A DNA stretch of 64,000 bases from Acholeplasmatales bacterium (GCA_003539625.1 DPOU01000024.1:37865-101864), one strand, 5' to 3'. Shown: positions 27,471 to 37,806, counted from the first letter of the stretch. Made by a program: numbers and translations. Notes: a model not told the origin generated them from the letters alone.

Positions 27471-28104
27471 AAGAAATGTTAAAAATGCTAAACAACGCAT
27501 TGAGAACCATCCTGAACTTGTAATTGCTAATCCTAAAGAATATATCGGAAAATGGCATGAGGTTTTTAATAATGACAACCCTATTTATTTAGAAATTGGT
27601 ATGGGAAAGGGAAAATTTTTAAGAGAACATGCATTAAAAAATCCTAATATTAACTATATTGGAATTGAAAAATTTGATAGTGTTATTGTTCAAGCTGTTG
27701 AAAAAATTGCACCTTTGAATTTAATTAATATAAAGTTAATTAATGTTGATGCCGAAGAATTATTAGAAATATTTAATGCTAATGAAATAAATAAAATATT
27801 CTTAAACTTTAGTGATCCATGGCCTAAAAATAGACATCAAAAAAGAAGACTTACTAGTGAGAAATTTTTAGCATTATATGAAAAAGTATTAAATGGCACA
27901 ATTGAAATGAAAACTGATAATCGTGGATTATTTGAATATAGCTTAATGTCATTTAACAATAATAATTGGAGATTTAAAGAATTATCTTTAGACCTTCATG
28001 CCATAGTTGAAGATGAAGAACCTAAAGAAATTATAACAACAGAATATGAAGATCGCTTTGTCGAAAAAGGTAATGTAATATATTTTGTTGAAGTTAGTAA
28101 ATGA
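27463..28104 (+). CDS. trmB: tRNA (guanine46-N7)-methyltransferase
   Basis: EIGMGKG SAM motif and FSDPWPKNRHQKRR signature. Confidence 0.92.
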   Translation: MRRRNVKNAKQRIENHPELVIANPKEYIGKWHEVFNNDNPIYLEIGMGKGKFLREHALKNPNINYIGIEKFDSVIVQAVEKIAPLNLINIKLINVDAEELLEIFNANEINKIFLNFSDPWPKNRHQKRRLTSEKFLALYEKVLNGTIEMKTDNRGLFEYSLMSFNNNNWRFKELSLDLHAIVEDEEPKEIITTEYEDRFVEKGNVIYFVEVSK

Positions 28105-28113
28105 GGTAAAACT

Positions 28114-28665
28114 ATGAAAGGGATAATATTATTAGCTAACCATTTTGAAGATACTGAAGCACTAGTTACTATTGATTTACTAAGAAGAGCAGGTATTACT
28201 GTTGATATGGTTAGTATCGAAAAATCTGTTGACTTAGTAACTCAATATAATTTAAAAATTAAAGCAGAGTTTACAGTTGATCAATTAAACTTAAATGATT
28301 ATAGCTTTTTGATAATACCTGGTGGTAAAGCCGTGATATTGACACATTTATCTTCAAAAATAACTGAAGATGTCGTAAATCATTTTGCAAAGAAAAATCA
28401 ATTAATTGCTACTATTTGTGCTGCACCAAGTGTCGTTGGTAAACTTGGTTATCTAAAAAATAAAGAATTTACATGCTTTCCAGGCTTTGAAGAATATGTT
28501 GTTGATGGCATTCATTTACCAAATAAAAATGTTGTAGTATCTAACAACTATATTACTGCCAAAGCGGCAGGCGCAACCTTTGATTTTGCCAAAGAAATAA
28601 TCAAATATTTAACTAATGAAAAAACTGCTAACAAAGTAATAAATTCAGTATACTATAAAGGATGA
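28114..28665 (+). CDS. DJ-1/PfpI (ThiJ) family protein
   Basis: LIIPGG and nucleophile-elbow ATICAAP motifs, 183 aa. Confidence 0.85.
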   Translation: MKGIILLANHFEDTEALVTIDLLRRAGITVDMVSIEKSVDLVTQYNLKIKAEFTVDQLNLNDYSFLIIPGGKAVILTHLSSKITEDVVNHFAKKNQLIATICAAPSVVGKLGYLKNKEFTCFPGFEEYVVDGIHLPNKNVVVSNNYITAKAAGATFDFAKEIIKYLTNEKTANKVINSVYYKG

Positions 28666-28708
28666 TGACAATTATCCTTTTTTTTCATATAATAAGATAG
28701 GTGATAAA

Positions 28709-29476
28709 ATGGAGTATGTAGGAATATTTCAAGGAGGAGGAATGAAGGGACTTGCCTATATGGGAGCAATTTGTGCACTTGAGGAGTGTGGAATAAAGGC
28801 TAAGAAGGTTGCGGGAACAAGTATAGGTGCAGTATTTGCTAGTTTACTTGCAACTGGATACACGGGTAAAGAAATAACATATCTCAGCAAACATATTGAT
28901 TTTACTAAATTGTTATATAAACCAAATAATAAATTAACAACCTGCATAAAAGAATTAGGATGTTATAGTAGTGAATATATTGAAGAATTATTAAATTCAT
29001 TATATAATAGAAAGGGATATCATTACGTTTCAGATTTAAATAAGAATAATCTAAAAGTAATAGCAAGTGATATAACCAAAAGAAAGAAAATAGTTTTACC
29101 AGATGAACTTTGGCAATATGATATTGATGAAAATAATATTACTTTAGCAAGAATGGTAACCCTAAGTTTGCTATATCCCGTATTTTTTAAGCCCCTTACT
29201 TTGAATAAATCCAAAATAGTAGATGGTGGACTTTTTGATTCTTTCCCAATTGGTGCTATTACCGATAATAATTTAAAGAAAATAGGTTTTCAACTAATTT
29301 CTAAAAAAAGTAAAAAAATATCAACGTTAGATTATTTAGTTGATATTGATACAAAATTTATTAAAACTCTAGATTTTAGAATTACTCATAATGAAATAGC
29401 AAGACTATTTGATCAAGGATATTTTGCGGCAAAAAGAATAATTCCAATCATAGAAAAACATAATAAAATTATGTAG
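28709..29476 (+). CDS. Patatin-like phospholipase
   Basis: GGGMKG oxyanion motif, GTSIGA serine lipase motif, DGG catalytic Asp motif. Confidence 0.85.
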   Translation: MEYVGIFQGGGMKGLAYMGAICALEECGIKAKKVAGTSIGAVFASLLATGYTGKEITYLSKHIDFTKLLYKPNNKLTTCIKELGCYSSEYIEELLNSLYNRKGYHYVSDLNKNNLKVIASDITKRKKIVLPDELWQYDIDENNITLARMVTLSLLYPVFFKPLTLNKSKIVDGGLFDSFPIGAITDNNLKKIGFQLISKKSKKISTLDYLVDIDTKFIKTLDFRITHNEIARLFDQGYFAAKRIIPIIEKHNKIM

Positions 29477-29489
29477 AAAGCGAGATAAT

Positions 29490-30299
29490 ATGATAAAACT
29501 AATCGCAATAGATTTAGATGATACATTATTAAATAAAAAGAAAGAAATATCTTCAAGAAATGTTTCGGCAATTAACAACGCAGTAACGAATAATGTAAAA
29601 ATAGTACTTGCAACAGGAAGACCATATTTTAGAGTAAAACCAATTCTAGAAAAACTAAATTTGCTTGACGATAATCAAGTAGTTATTACTCTTAATGGCG
29701 GATATATTTGTAATGCAACAAATAACAAAACATTATATGAAAATGTGCTAAATAACCAAGATATAGTTAAAATTATTGAAGTAATTAACAATGCTAAATT
29801 ATGTTTTAATGCTTATTGTGGAGATAACATTTATACAGAAAAACTTGAAGAAAAGATAAAAGAGCTACCTGTATATGATGGGATAAATTTTATATTCAAA
29901 AGTAATGATGAATTAAAACAATTAAGTTATGCTCATAAGATAATTGTTGCAAGTAGTGCTGATATTATTACAAAGCACAAAAACTATATTGTTGATAAGT
30001 TAAACGACTATACAGTTGTCCAAAGTACACCCAACTTTTTAGAAGTATTGCCAAATAACACAACAAAAGGTATAGGACTACAAGAAATAGCCAACATATT
30101 TAACTATAGTAAAGATGAAATTATGGCAATTGGAGATGCGGAAAACGATATATCAATGCTTAAATTTGCAAAATATAAAGTTGCTATGAAAAATGCAAAC
30201 GATAGTGTAAAAAAAATTGCTAATTTTATAACAAAGAGTTGCGAAGAAGATGGAGTTGCATTCGCAATTGAAAAAGTTTTAAATATAGCTAATAATTAA
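29490..30299 (+). CDS. Cof-type HAD-IIB phosphatase
   Basis: IAIDLDDTLL motif I, ATGR, GDAENDISM motif IV. Confidence 0.88.
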   Translation: MIKLIAIDLDDTLLNKKKEISSRNVSAINNAVTNNVKIVLATGRPYFRVKPILEKLNLLDDNQVVITLNGGYICNATNNKTLYENVLNNQDIVKIIEVINNAKLCFNAYCGDNIYTEKLEEKIKELPVYDGINFIFKSNDELKQLSYAHKIIVASSADIITKHKNYIVDKLNDYTVVQSTPNFLEVLPNNTTKGIGLQEIANIFNYSKDEIMAIGDAENDISMLKFAKYKVAMKNANDSVKKIANFITKSCEEDGVAFAIEKVLNIANN

Positions 30300-30314
30300 A
30301 AAGTATAAAACATT

Positions 30315-30342
30315 TTACAAATCTATAAAAATGTGATATAAT
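30315..30342 (+). promoter_or_regulatory. Sigma-A-type promoter of the rpsF-ssb-rpsR operon
   Basis: TTACAA-N16-TATAAT with a TGn extended -10. Confidence 0.6.
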
Positions 30343-30421
30343 GTATAAGCATGAGTATGTGTACTCTGCCTTGCTTTACAAAAATCATGTAAAGCCGTTA
30401 GACCAGAAGGAGGTGCAAAGA
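30343..30421 (+). promoter_or_regulatory. rpsF 5' leader with hairpin (candidate S6:S18 autoregulatory RNA)
   Basis: GCTTTACA-AAAATCA-TGTAAAGC hairpin (30373-30395) immediately followed by CCG and then the GAAGGAGGTG SD. A conserved rpsF-leader motif is known in Firmicutes. Confidence 0.35.
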
Positions 30422-30703
30422 ATGAAAAAATACGAAGTTATGTATATCATTCGCCCTAACGTTGAAGAAGAAGCTAGAAAAGCATTAATTGAAGAGATGA
30501 ATGCTGTATTCACTAGCAAAAATTCTACTGTAGATAACGTTAAAGAAATGGGCATGAGAGAATTAGCTTACGAAATCAAACATGAAACTAAAGGTTATTA
30601 TGTTCTTTTGAATGTAACTGCAACACCTGAAGCTGTTAAAGAATTCGAACGTGTAGCTAACATCAAAGAAAACATTATTCGTTACATCACTGTAGCTGAA
30701 TAG
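30422..30703 (+). CDS. rpsF: 30S ribosomal protein S6
   Basis: MKKYEVMYIIRPN start behind a GAAGGAGGTG SD. The track start at 30341 is an upstream in-frame artefact. Confidence 0.95.
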   Translation: MKKYEVMYIIRPNVEEEARKALIEEMNAVFTSKNSTVDNVKEMGMRELAYEIKHETKGYYVLLNVTATPEAVKEFERVANIKENIIRYITVAE

Positions 30704-30711
30704 GAGGCATT

Positions 30712-31224
30712 ATGAATCGTGTAATTTTAGTAGGTCGTATCACAAGAGACCCTGAACTTAGAACATCGCCTAATAATGTTTCATTTGTTGCATTTACTAT
30801 TGCAGTAAACCGCTTATCAGCTTCAGCAAATGGCGAAAGAGAAGCTGATTTTATCAATTGCGTTGCTTTCAATAAGCAAGCAGAAAATTTATGTCGATTT
30901 ATCAAAAAGGGTGGACAAGTTGGTGTAGAAGGTAAACTTCAAACAAGAAGATATACTGCCCAAGATGGTTCAAATAGAGTTGCTACTGAAGTAATTTGTG
31001 ATAATATTCATTTCTTAGAACCTAAGAATGCTTCTAATCAAGCTGGTGGTTACAATGACTATTCATCATATGAAACTTCATACATGCAACAACCCCAAAG
31101 AGAACCTCAACCTCAACAACCTAGTCCAAGTAGTTTTTATCAAGAACCTAAAAAGCCTCAACAAAATCAATATGATGAGGTTAAAAAACAATTTGATATT
31201 TCAGACGATGACTTACCATTTTAG
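30712..31224 (+). CDS. ssb: Single-stranded DNA-binding protein
   Basis: MNRVILVGRITRDPELR OB-fold N-terminus, Gln/Pro-rich linker, acidic DDDLPF C-terminal tip. Confidence 0.96.
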   Translation: MNRVILVGRITRDPELRTSPNNVSFVAFTIAVNRLSASANGEREADFINCVAFNKQAENLCRFIKKGGQVGVEGKLQTRRYTAQDGSNRVATEVICDNIHFLEPKNASNQAGGYNDYSSYETSYMQQPQREPQPQQPSPSSFYQEPKKPQQNQYDEVKKQFDISDDDLPF

Positions 31225-31236
31225 GAGGAATGAAAT

Positions 31237-31458
31237 ATGGCAACTTTTAAAAGACGTAAAAAAACTTGTTATTTCACAGATAATAAAATTCAAAAGATTG
31301 ACTGGAAAGATGTTGATTTATTAAAGAAATTTATTTCAGACCGTGGAAAAATTTTACCACGTCGTATCACTGGAACTAAAGCTATTTATCAAAGAGAATT
31401 AGCAGTTGCAATTAAACGTGCTCGTCATATGGGTTTATTACCATTCGTTAGAGAATAG
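31237..31458 (+). CDS. rpsR: 30S ribosomal protein S18
   Basis: KKTCYFT...[26 protein letters not shown] signature. Confidence 0.96.
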   Translation: MATFKRRKKTCYFTDNKIQKIDWKDVDLLKKFISDRGKILPRRITGTKAIYQRELAVAIKRARHMGLLPFVRE

Positions 31459-31485
31459 TTTTATAACTTATATAAATGTGAAAAA

Positions 31486-31535
31486 AACTTAATGTAATAT
31501 GAATTTTGATTCATGTCGCATTAAGTTCTTTTTTT
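31486..31535 (+). terminator. Rho-independent terminator of the rpsF operon
   Basis: AACTTAATG ... CATTAAGTT long hairpin followed by T7. Confidence 0.8.
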
Positions 31536-31703
31536 ATGAATAATTTAAAAATTAGTATGCTAAATAACAACACACTTTTTGTGTAAAAGAAGCAAAATTG
31601 ATTTTTCTCTTTATAAGAGAATTAGTAGAGTGAATTCTCTTCAAAAAAAGGCAAATTCTCGATTTGAATACCAAAAAAGATACCTAAAAATCCACCTTAT
31701 GTG

Positions 31704-31732
31704 TTGAAATTGATTGACAATTATTATATAAT
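31704..31732 (+). promoter_or_regulatory. Sigma-A-type promoter upstream of the DegV-family gene
   Basis: TTGAAA-N17-TATAAT. Confidence 0.6.
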
Positions 31733-31764
31733 GTTAACGAAGAAAAAACTTTGGAGGTTTAATT

Positions 31765-32652
31765 ATGGATAACTTTGTATTAACATGTTGCTCAACTGTC
31801 GATTTAGATGAAGCCTTTTTTGAAAAAAGACATATACCTTTTGTTTGCTTCCACTTTAGAATGGATGGCGTTGATTATCCTGATGATTTAGGGCATAGCA
31901 TATCATTTAAGGATTTTTATGATCGAATTCGTAATGGGGCAACACCTACAACATCACAAGTAAATTCTAGTGAGTTTATTGAATTCTGGGAACCTTTTGT
32001 AAAAGAAGGAAAGAATATTTTACACATATCATTATCTTCGGGAATATCAGGAGTAGTAAATTCAGCTATTTTAGCTCAAAAATATTTGATGGAAAAATAC
32101 CCTGGTTCAGTAGTAAAAGTTGTTGATTCACTAGGTGCTTCATCGGGTTATGGGATGCTAGTTGAGTATGTTGCTGATATGAAAGATGAAGGAAAAACTT
32201 TAGAAGAATGCTATGAATGGGCTGAGGAACATAAACTAAATATTCATCACTGGTTCTTTTCAACTAATCTAACTAGTTATAGAAGAGGTGGAAGAATAAG
32301 TTCTGCTAGCTTTTTCTTAGGACAATTATTAAAGATTTGCCCATTACTTAATATGGATTATCTAGGAAGATTGATTCCACGTAAGAAAATTAGAACTAAA
32401 GATAAGACAATTATCGAAACGGTTAATATGATGATTGAGCACGCTGAAGATGGTACAAACTATAATGGCAAATGTTTTATATGCCATTCTGACTGTTTAG
32501 ATGACGCTATTAAAGTAAAAGATTTAGTAGAAAGTAAATTTCCTAATTTAAAAGGAAAGGTAAGAATTTATTCAGTTGGTACTACAATTGGTTCACATAC
32601 TGGACCTGGTACAGTAGCCTTATTCTTTAAAGGTGATAAGAGAGAAGACTAG
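31765..32652 (+). CDS. DegV family fatty-acid-binding protein
   Basis: TSQ(V)N, SLSSGISG and HTGPG motifs, 295 aa. Confidence 0.88.
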   Translation: MDNFVLTCCSTVDLDEAFFEKRHIPFVCFHFRMDGVDYPDDLGHSISFKDFYDRIRNGATPTTSQVNSSEFIEFWEPFVKEGKNILHISLSSGISGVVNSAILAQKYLMEKYPGSVVKVVDSLGASSGYGMLVEYVADMKDEGKTLEECYEWAEEHKLNIHHWFFSTNLTSYRRGGRISSASFFLGQLLKICPLLNMDYLGRLIPRKKIRTKDKTIIETVNMMIEHAEDGTNYNGKCFICHSDCLDDAIKVKDLVESKFPNLKGKVRIYSVGTTIGSHTGPGTVALFFKGDKRED

Positions 32653-32668
32653 GAAACTAGTCTTTTTT
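32646..32668 (+). terminator. Rho-independent terminator
   Basis: AGACTAG-GAAA-CTAGTCT followed by T6. The stem includes the stop codon. Confidence 0.75.
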
Positions 32669-32746
32669 AATAGGAAAAATTTATTGAGTAAAAAAGCGTT
32701 AAGTTGTCTGATAATTATACAAAATACAAAAAAACAACCGATAAAG

Positions 32747-32775
32747 TTGAAAAAAGCTAACAAGTATGATATAAT
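32747..32775 (+). promoter_or_regulatory. Sigma-A-type promoter of gdpP-rplI-dnaB
   Basis: TTGAAA-N17-TATAAT with a TGn extended -10. Confidence 0.65.
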
Positions 32776-32810
32776 AAATCGATAATATAGTACAAAGAAG
32801 AGGTGAATGT

Positions 32811-34838
32811 ATGAAGACACGTAAAACTGTCAGAGTAATTATTCTTACCATCGTTATTATTGTATCTGCTTATTTCACAATTGTAACGGGTCAAAATATT
32901 CAATTAGACAATAAACTATTGTACATCCCTATTGTAGTATTCATAATTTCACTTGCCTTATTAATATCAGGCATAATTAATTCTCGATATACTATAAAAA
33001 CTAAAAGTTTAGAAAACCGCTTAGAAATGTGGAATTCAATAACATACAAGGTAAAAAAAGCCGGTGAAACAGCTTTTAATAAACTACCAATAGGTATAGT
33101 AGTAATTGATAAGGATTCAAAAATCGTATGGGCTAACCCAAATGCTAGAACCATATTTATGAGTCCACTTGAACATATTTATTTAAAAGATATAGCATCA
33201 AATTTATATAATAAATTAATGAATGCTCGAAAAGAATTAAATGAAATAACTGAAGGTCAAAAGATAACTTACAAAGAAAACATATATGGCAAAATCTATT
33301 ATGTAGAATATCTAGTTAAATTTGATGTAATTTATTTTACTGATATTACTGAATATGAAAACTTACAAACTAAGTATTATAATAGAACTGAAGTATTAGG
33401 CTATATAAATATCGATAACTTAGAAGAAACTTTACAAGAATTTGACGTTCAAACAAGAGCTGAATATGAAGGTAAAATCGTTGGTGCTCTTGCTAAATGG
33501 GCTACTGAAAATGGAGCATTTATTCGAGGTCTTACTTCAACAAGATATATCTTAGTCACAGACCAACAACAATTAGAAAAACTAATTCAGTCTAATTTTT
33601 CAATTCTAGATGATATCAAACAAATATTTAATACTTCAAGACTTGCAAGAATTACACTTAGTATGGGTATTGCATGCGATGATGTAAACGTAAATGATTT
33701 ATCAGAAGAAGCTCAACAACAACTAGAACTTGCATTAAACCGTGGTGGTGACCAAGTAGTTGTTAAGAAAAATAATGAAACGTTATTCTTTGGTGCTAAA
33801 ACTGACCCTATTTTAAAAGAATCTAAAGTAGAAATAAGAGTAAAGAGTGAAGAACTTGAAAATTTAATGCTAACTTCATCAAATATATTTATTATTGGTC
33901 ATAAAAATATTGATGCGGATGGCTTTGCCGCAACAGTAGCAATGTATAAATGGGCTACAAGCTTAGGTAAAGAAGCACACATCATTTATGATGAAAATAG
34001 TATAGACTCAACTGTCGCAAGAGTAATGGATAGCATAAAACGTGAATACGTTGCTTTCTTAGATGCCTTTACTACTTTAAAAGAAATTCCACATTTAATC
34101 AATAAAGATAGTTTGTTAATAGTCGTTGATTTCCAAATAATTTATCAATGTATTGATCAAAAATTATTTAATCGATTTGAAAAAATAGCAATTATTGACC
34201 ATCACCGTAGAGGTGAGGGGGCAATATCAAGTCCTAAATTTTATTATAGCCAAGCAGCTGCTTCTTCAACTGTTGAATTAATATTTGAATTAATTTCGTT
34301 TGCGAAAGAACCAGTTGAATTTAGTGAATTAGAAGCAACTTGGATGCTACTTGGTATCGTCGTAGATACAAATAATTTTATCTACCGAACTTCTTCTGCA
34401 ACATTTGAGGCCGCATCAACACTAAAGAAATATGGTGCTGATATGAATGCGGTAAAAGCATACTTAAAAGAAGATGTTAGTGAAAAATTAACTAGACAAG
34501 ACATTATTCGTAATATGGAAAGATATAAAGATGTTGTAGCTATAACATATGCCGATGATGATTTAATTTTAGAGCGTGCTAGTCTTGCAAAAGTTTCTGA
34601 TGAATTAATTTCAATCTCAGGAATTGAACTTGCAATTACAATTGGAAGAATCAGTGAAAAACAAGTTGGATTAAGTGCACGTAGTTTGGGTAAAGTAAAC
34701 TGTCAAGTAATTATGGAAAAAATGGGTGGTGGTGGTCACTTAAATAATGCGGCTGCCCAACGTAATAATGAAACAGTCCACGAAACGTTAGCAATTTTAA
34801 AAGAAAAAATTGATGATTACCTTTTAGAGGAGGAAAAC
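32811..34838 (+). CDS. gdpP: Cyclic-di-AMP phosphodiesterase GdpP (2 TM, PAS-like, degenerate GGDEF, DHH/DHHA1); no stop codon of its own, and the reading frame continues into rplI
   Basis: Two N-terminal TM helices. DHH motifs IIGHKNIDADG and IIDHHRR, plus DHHA1 GGGGH. The track shows one continuous 823-aa ORF over 32811-35282. Confidence 0.85.
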
Positions 34839-35282
34839 ATGAAGATAATTTTAATAAAAGACTTAAAAGGAAAAGGTAAAAAAGGTGACATAATTGAAGT
34901 TGCCGCAGGTTATGGAAATAATTTAGTAAGAAATAATACCGCAATTTTAGCTTCACCAGAAAACATGCAAAAATTAGAAGAAGAAAAGAATCAAGCAATG
35001 TTAAGAGAAGCTGAACTTGTTCAACAAATGAAAGAATTAAAAGAAAAAATTGAAAGCACTGAAGTTAAGATTTCTGTTAAAGTTGGTAAAGAAGGAAAAT
35101 TATTTGGTTCAGTTAGTACAAAACAAATAACTGACGCAATACAGGCAAAATTAGGCGAAAAAATTGATAAACGTAAAATTGCTTTGGATGGACCAATTAA
35201 TTCACTTGGAACATACGAAATACCAATTCAACTTCATAAAGATGTTATTGCAAAAATAAAATTATTTATAGTAGAAGAATAA
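34839..35282 (+). CDS. rplI: 50S ribosomal protein L9 (internal start within the gdpP-continuous ORF)
   Basis: MKIILIKDLKGKGKKGDIIEVAAGYGNN is a canonical L9 N-terminus. AGAGGAGG SD at 34826-34833. 147 aa. Confidence 0.92.
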   Translation: MKIILIKDLKGKGKKGDIIEVAAGYGNNLVRNNTAILASPENMQKLEEEKNQAMLREAELVQQMKELKEKIESTEVKISVKVGKEGKLFGSVSTKQITDAIQAKLGEKIDKRKIALDGPINSLGTYEIPIQLHKDVIAKIKLFIVEE

Positions 35283-35292
35283 GGAGGTTATT

Positions 35293-36714
35293 ATGGAAGC
35301 CCATAATCGTTCTGTACCATATAATAATGATGCTGAAATGTATGTTATAGGTAGCGTCTTATTAGAAAATAAAATTATGAATAGTTTAGTGGGTAAAATA
35401 AATCCTGAAGATTTTTATAATCCCCAAAATTCAGCTATTTACAAAGCAATGCTAACTCTTTACAATCAATCAGAAAAGATTGAAAGTATGAGTGTATTAG
35501 AACAATTAAAACGTGATAAAATATCTAATATTGAAGAATATAAAAGCTATTTAATCGATATAATTGATTTAGTTCCATCAACATCATCAGTTGGGTTATA
35601 CATTGACGTTGTTGAAGAAAAAGCCGTTGAAAGAAGAATACTTGCAAATATGCAAGAGTTATCGAGTGACATATTAACTTCAAAATATGATTTTAATACG
35701 GTGTTAGATAGAGCGGAAGATACTATTTTGAAAGTTATTAAAAAACGTCGTACATCTAACTTTATGACAATGGCTGAAGCAGCTAAAAAAGTCTATGAAC
35801 AAATTGAAGGATATGTTGGTAATAAATCAGATTTAACAGGTTTAAATACAGGTTATCCATTCTTAAATAAAGCAACACTAGGACTTCAAAATGGTGATTT
35901 AATGATTCTTGCGGCACGTCCAGCCGTAGGTAAATCTGCTTTCGCAATTAATTTAGCCCTAAATGTTGCTGCGACTAATAAAGCACATGTTGCCATATTC
36001 TCACTTGAAATGAGTATTGAACAATTGATGATGAGAATATATAGTTATAAAGCAAATATTGAATTATCAAAAATCAGAAGTGGTAATCTTGAAAGTGATG
36101 AATTATTATTATTAGGTGTTGCAAGAGAAGATTTATCAAAAATAAACTTACACTTTGATGAAAGTAGTTCTACTAATATTTCAGATATTCGTGCTAAATG
36201 TCGTCAGTTAAAACAAGCTGGACAATTAGATTTTGTAATAATTGACTATTTACAATTAGTAACAACCAGTGATACTAGAGGAAATCGACAAGAAGAAGTT
36301 TCTAAAATTTCACGTCAATTAAAAACTCTCGCAAGAGATTTAGAAGTACCTATTTTAGCCTTATCACAACTTTCACGTAGTATTGAATCACGTGAAGATA
36401 AAAGACCAACACTTGCTGACTTACGTGAATCAGGAAGTATCGAACAAGATGCCGACATGGTAATGTTCTTGTATAGAAGAAGTGATGTTGAAGAACTTGA
36501 TGAAAATGAAGAACGTGAACGTAAAGAACGTGAAAAAACTTACCGTGAAATTATTTTATCAATAGCTAAAAACCGTCAAGGTCCACTTGATGATATAGAT
36601 TATCATTTCTATGGTAACTATTCAAGATATAGCGAGCAACGTGAGAAAAAACCAGTTATTCGTAAAAGTCGCAAAAAATATGCTCGTACAACTAAGTTAA
36701 ACAAAGAAGAATAA
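35293..36714 (+). CDS. dnaB: Replicative DNA helicase (DnaB family; DnaC in B. subtilis nomenclature)
   Basis: Walker A ARPAVGKSAFA, IIDYLQL Walker B and SQLSR motifs. Has an extra basic C-terminal tail. Confidence 0.96.
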   Translation: MEAHNRSVPYNNDAEMYVIGSVLLENKIMNSLVGKINPEDFYNPQNSAIYKAMLTLYNQSEKIESMSVLEQLKRDKISNIEEYKSYLIDIIDLVPSTSSVGLYIDVVEEKAVERRILANMQELSSDILTSKYDFNTVLDRAEDTILKVIKKRRTSNFMTMAEAAKKVYEQIEGYVGNKSDLTGLNTGYPFLNKATLGLQNGDLMILAARPAVGKSAFAINLALNVAATNKAHVAIFSLEMSIEQLMMRIYSYKANIELSKIRSGNLESDELLLLGVAREDLSKINLHFDESSSTNISDIRAKCRQLKQAGQLDFVIIDYLQLVTTSDTRGNRQEEVSKISRQLKTLARDLEVPILALSQLSRSIESREDKRPTLADLRESGSIEQDADMVMFLYRRSDVEELDENEERERKEREKTYREIILSIAKNRQGPLDDIDYHFYGNYSRYSEQREKKPVIRKSRKKYARTTKLNKEE

Positions 36715-36732
36715 CTAGAAAGAAAGGTTAAT

Positions 36733-37806
36733 ATGATAGTAGATCGTTTAGAAGTAATTTGTAAACGCTATGAACAAATAGGGGAACAACTTAGTGACCC
36801 AAACATTGTGTCAGACATCAAAAAAATGACTGCACTTTCTAAAGAACAACGTTCACTAGAAAAGGTTGTAGTAAAATATCGTGAATATCAAAAAGTTACT
36901 AAAGATATTGCCGATTTAAAAGAGATGGTTAATGATTCTGACCCTGAAATTAGAGAAATGGCTGAAATGGAATTAGAAGAAGCTCATGCCCAATTACCAA
37001 AGCTTGAGGAAGAATTAAAGATTTTGCTTCTTCCTAAAGATCCAAATGACGAAAAGAACGTTATCGTAGAAATTAGAGGAGCAGCCGGTGGTGATGAAGG
37101 TAATATTTTTGCTGGAGACTTATACCGTATGTATTTAAAATATGCGGAAAGTAAGGGTTGGAAAGTTGAAGTTATGGATTCCCTTGCATGTGAGGCTGGA
37201 GGATTTTCACAAATTAGCTTTATGATTAGTGGTGATTCTGTATACTCATTCTTGAAATATGAATCAGGTAGTCACCGTGTTCAAAGAGTTCCATCAACTG
37301 AATCAGCAGGCCGTATTCACACTTCTACCGCAACCGTTCTTGTTATGCCAGAAGCTGAAGAACTTGAAGTAGATTTGGATATGAATGATGTAAGAATTGA
37401 TACATTCTGTGCATCAGGTCCAGGTGGACAATGTGTAAATACTACTAAGTCCGCAATTCGTGTAACTCATATTCCTACCGGAATTGTAGTTTCATGTCAA
37501 GATGGAAAGAGCCAACACGAAAACAAAGCAAGTGCTTTAAAGGTATTACGTGCAAGATTATATGATCATATGTTACAAGAAAAAGAAGCTCTTGAAGGCG
37601 AAGAACGTAAAGCAAAAATTGGTCATGGCGATCGTAGTGAAAAAATTAGAACCTATAATTACCCTCAAAATCGTCTAACAGATCACAGAATTGGCTACAC
37701 AGTTCAACAATTAGATCGCATTATGGAAGGTAAATTAGATGGTGTTATTGAAGCTCTAATTTCTTTTGAACAAAAAAAGGCATTAAGTGTCAATAATGAG
37801 GAATAA
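36733..37806 (+). CDS. prfA: Peptide chain release factor 1
   Basis: SGPGGQCVNTT GGQ motif and RVQRVPSTES PxT tripeptide region. Confidence 0.96.
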   Translation: MIVDRLEVICKRYEQIGEQLSDPNIVSDIKKMTALSKEQRSLEKVVVKYREYQKVTKDIADLKEMVNDSDPEIREMAEMELEEAHAQLPKLEEELKILLLPKDPNDEKNVIVEIRGAAGGDEGNIFAGDLYRMYLKYAESKGWKVEVMDSLACEAGGFSQISFMISGDSVYSFLKYESGSHRVQRVPSTESAGRIHTSTATVLVMPEAEELEVDLDMNDVRIDTFCASGPGGQCVNTTKSAIRVTHIPTGIVVSCQDGKSQHENKASALKVLRARLYDHMLQEKEALEGEERKAKIGHGDRSEKIRTYNYPQNRLTDHRIGYTVQQLDRIMEGKLDGVIEALISFEQKKALSVNNEE

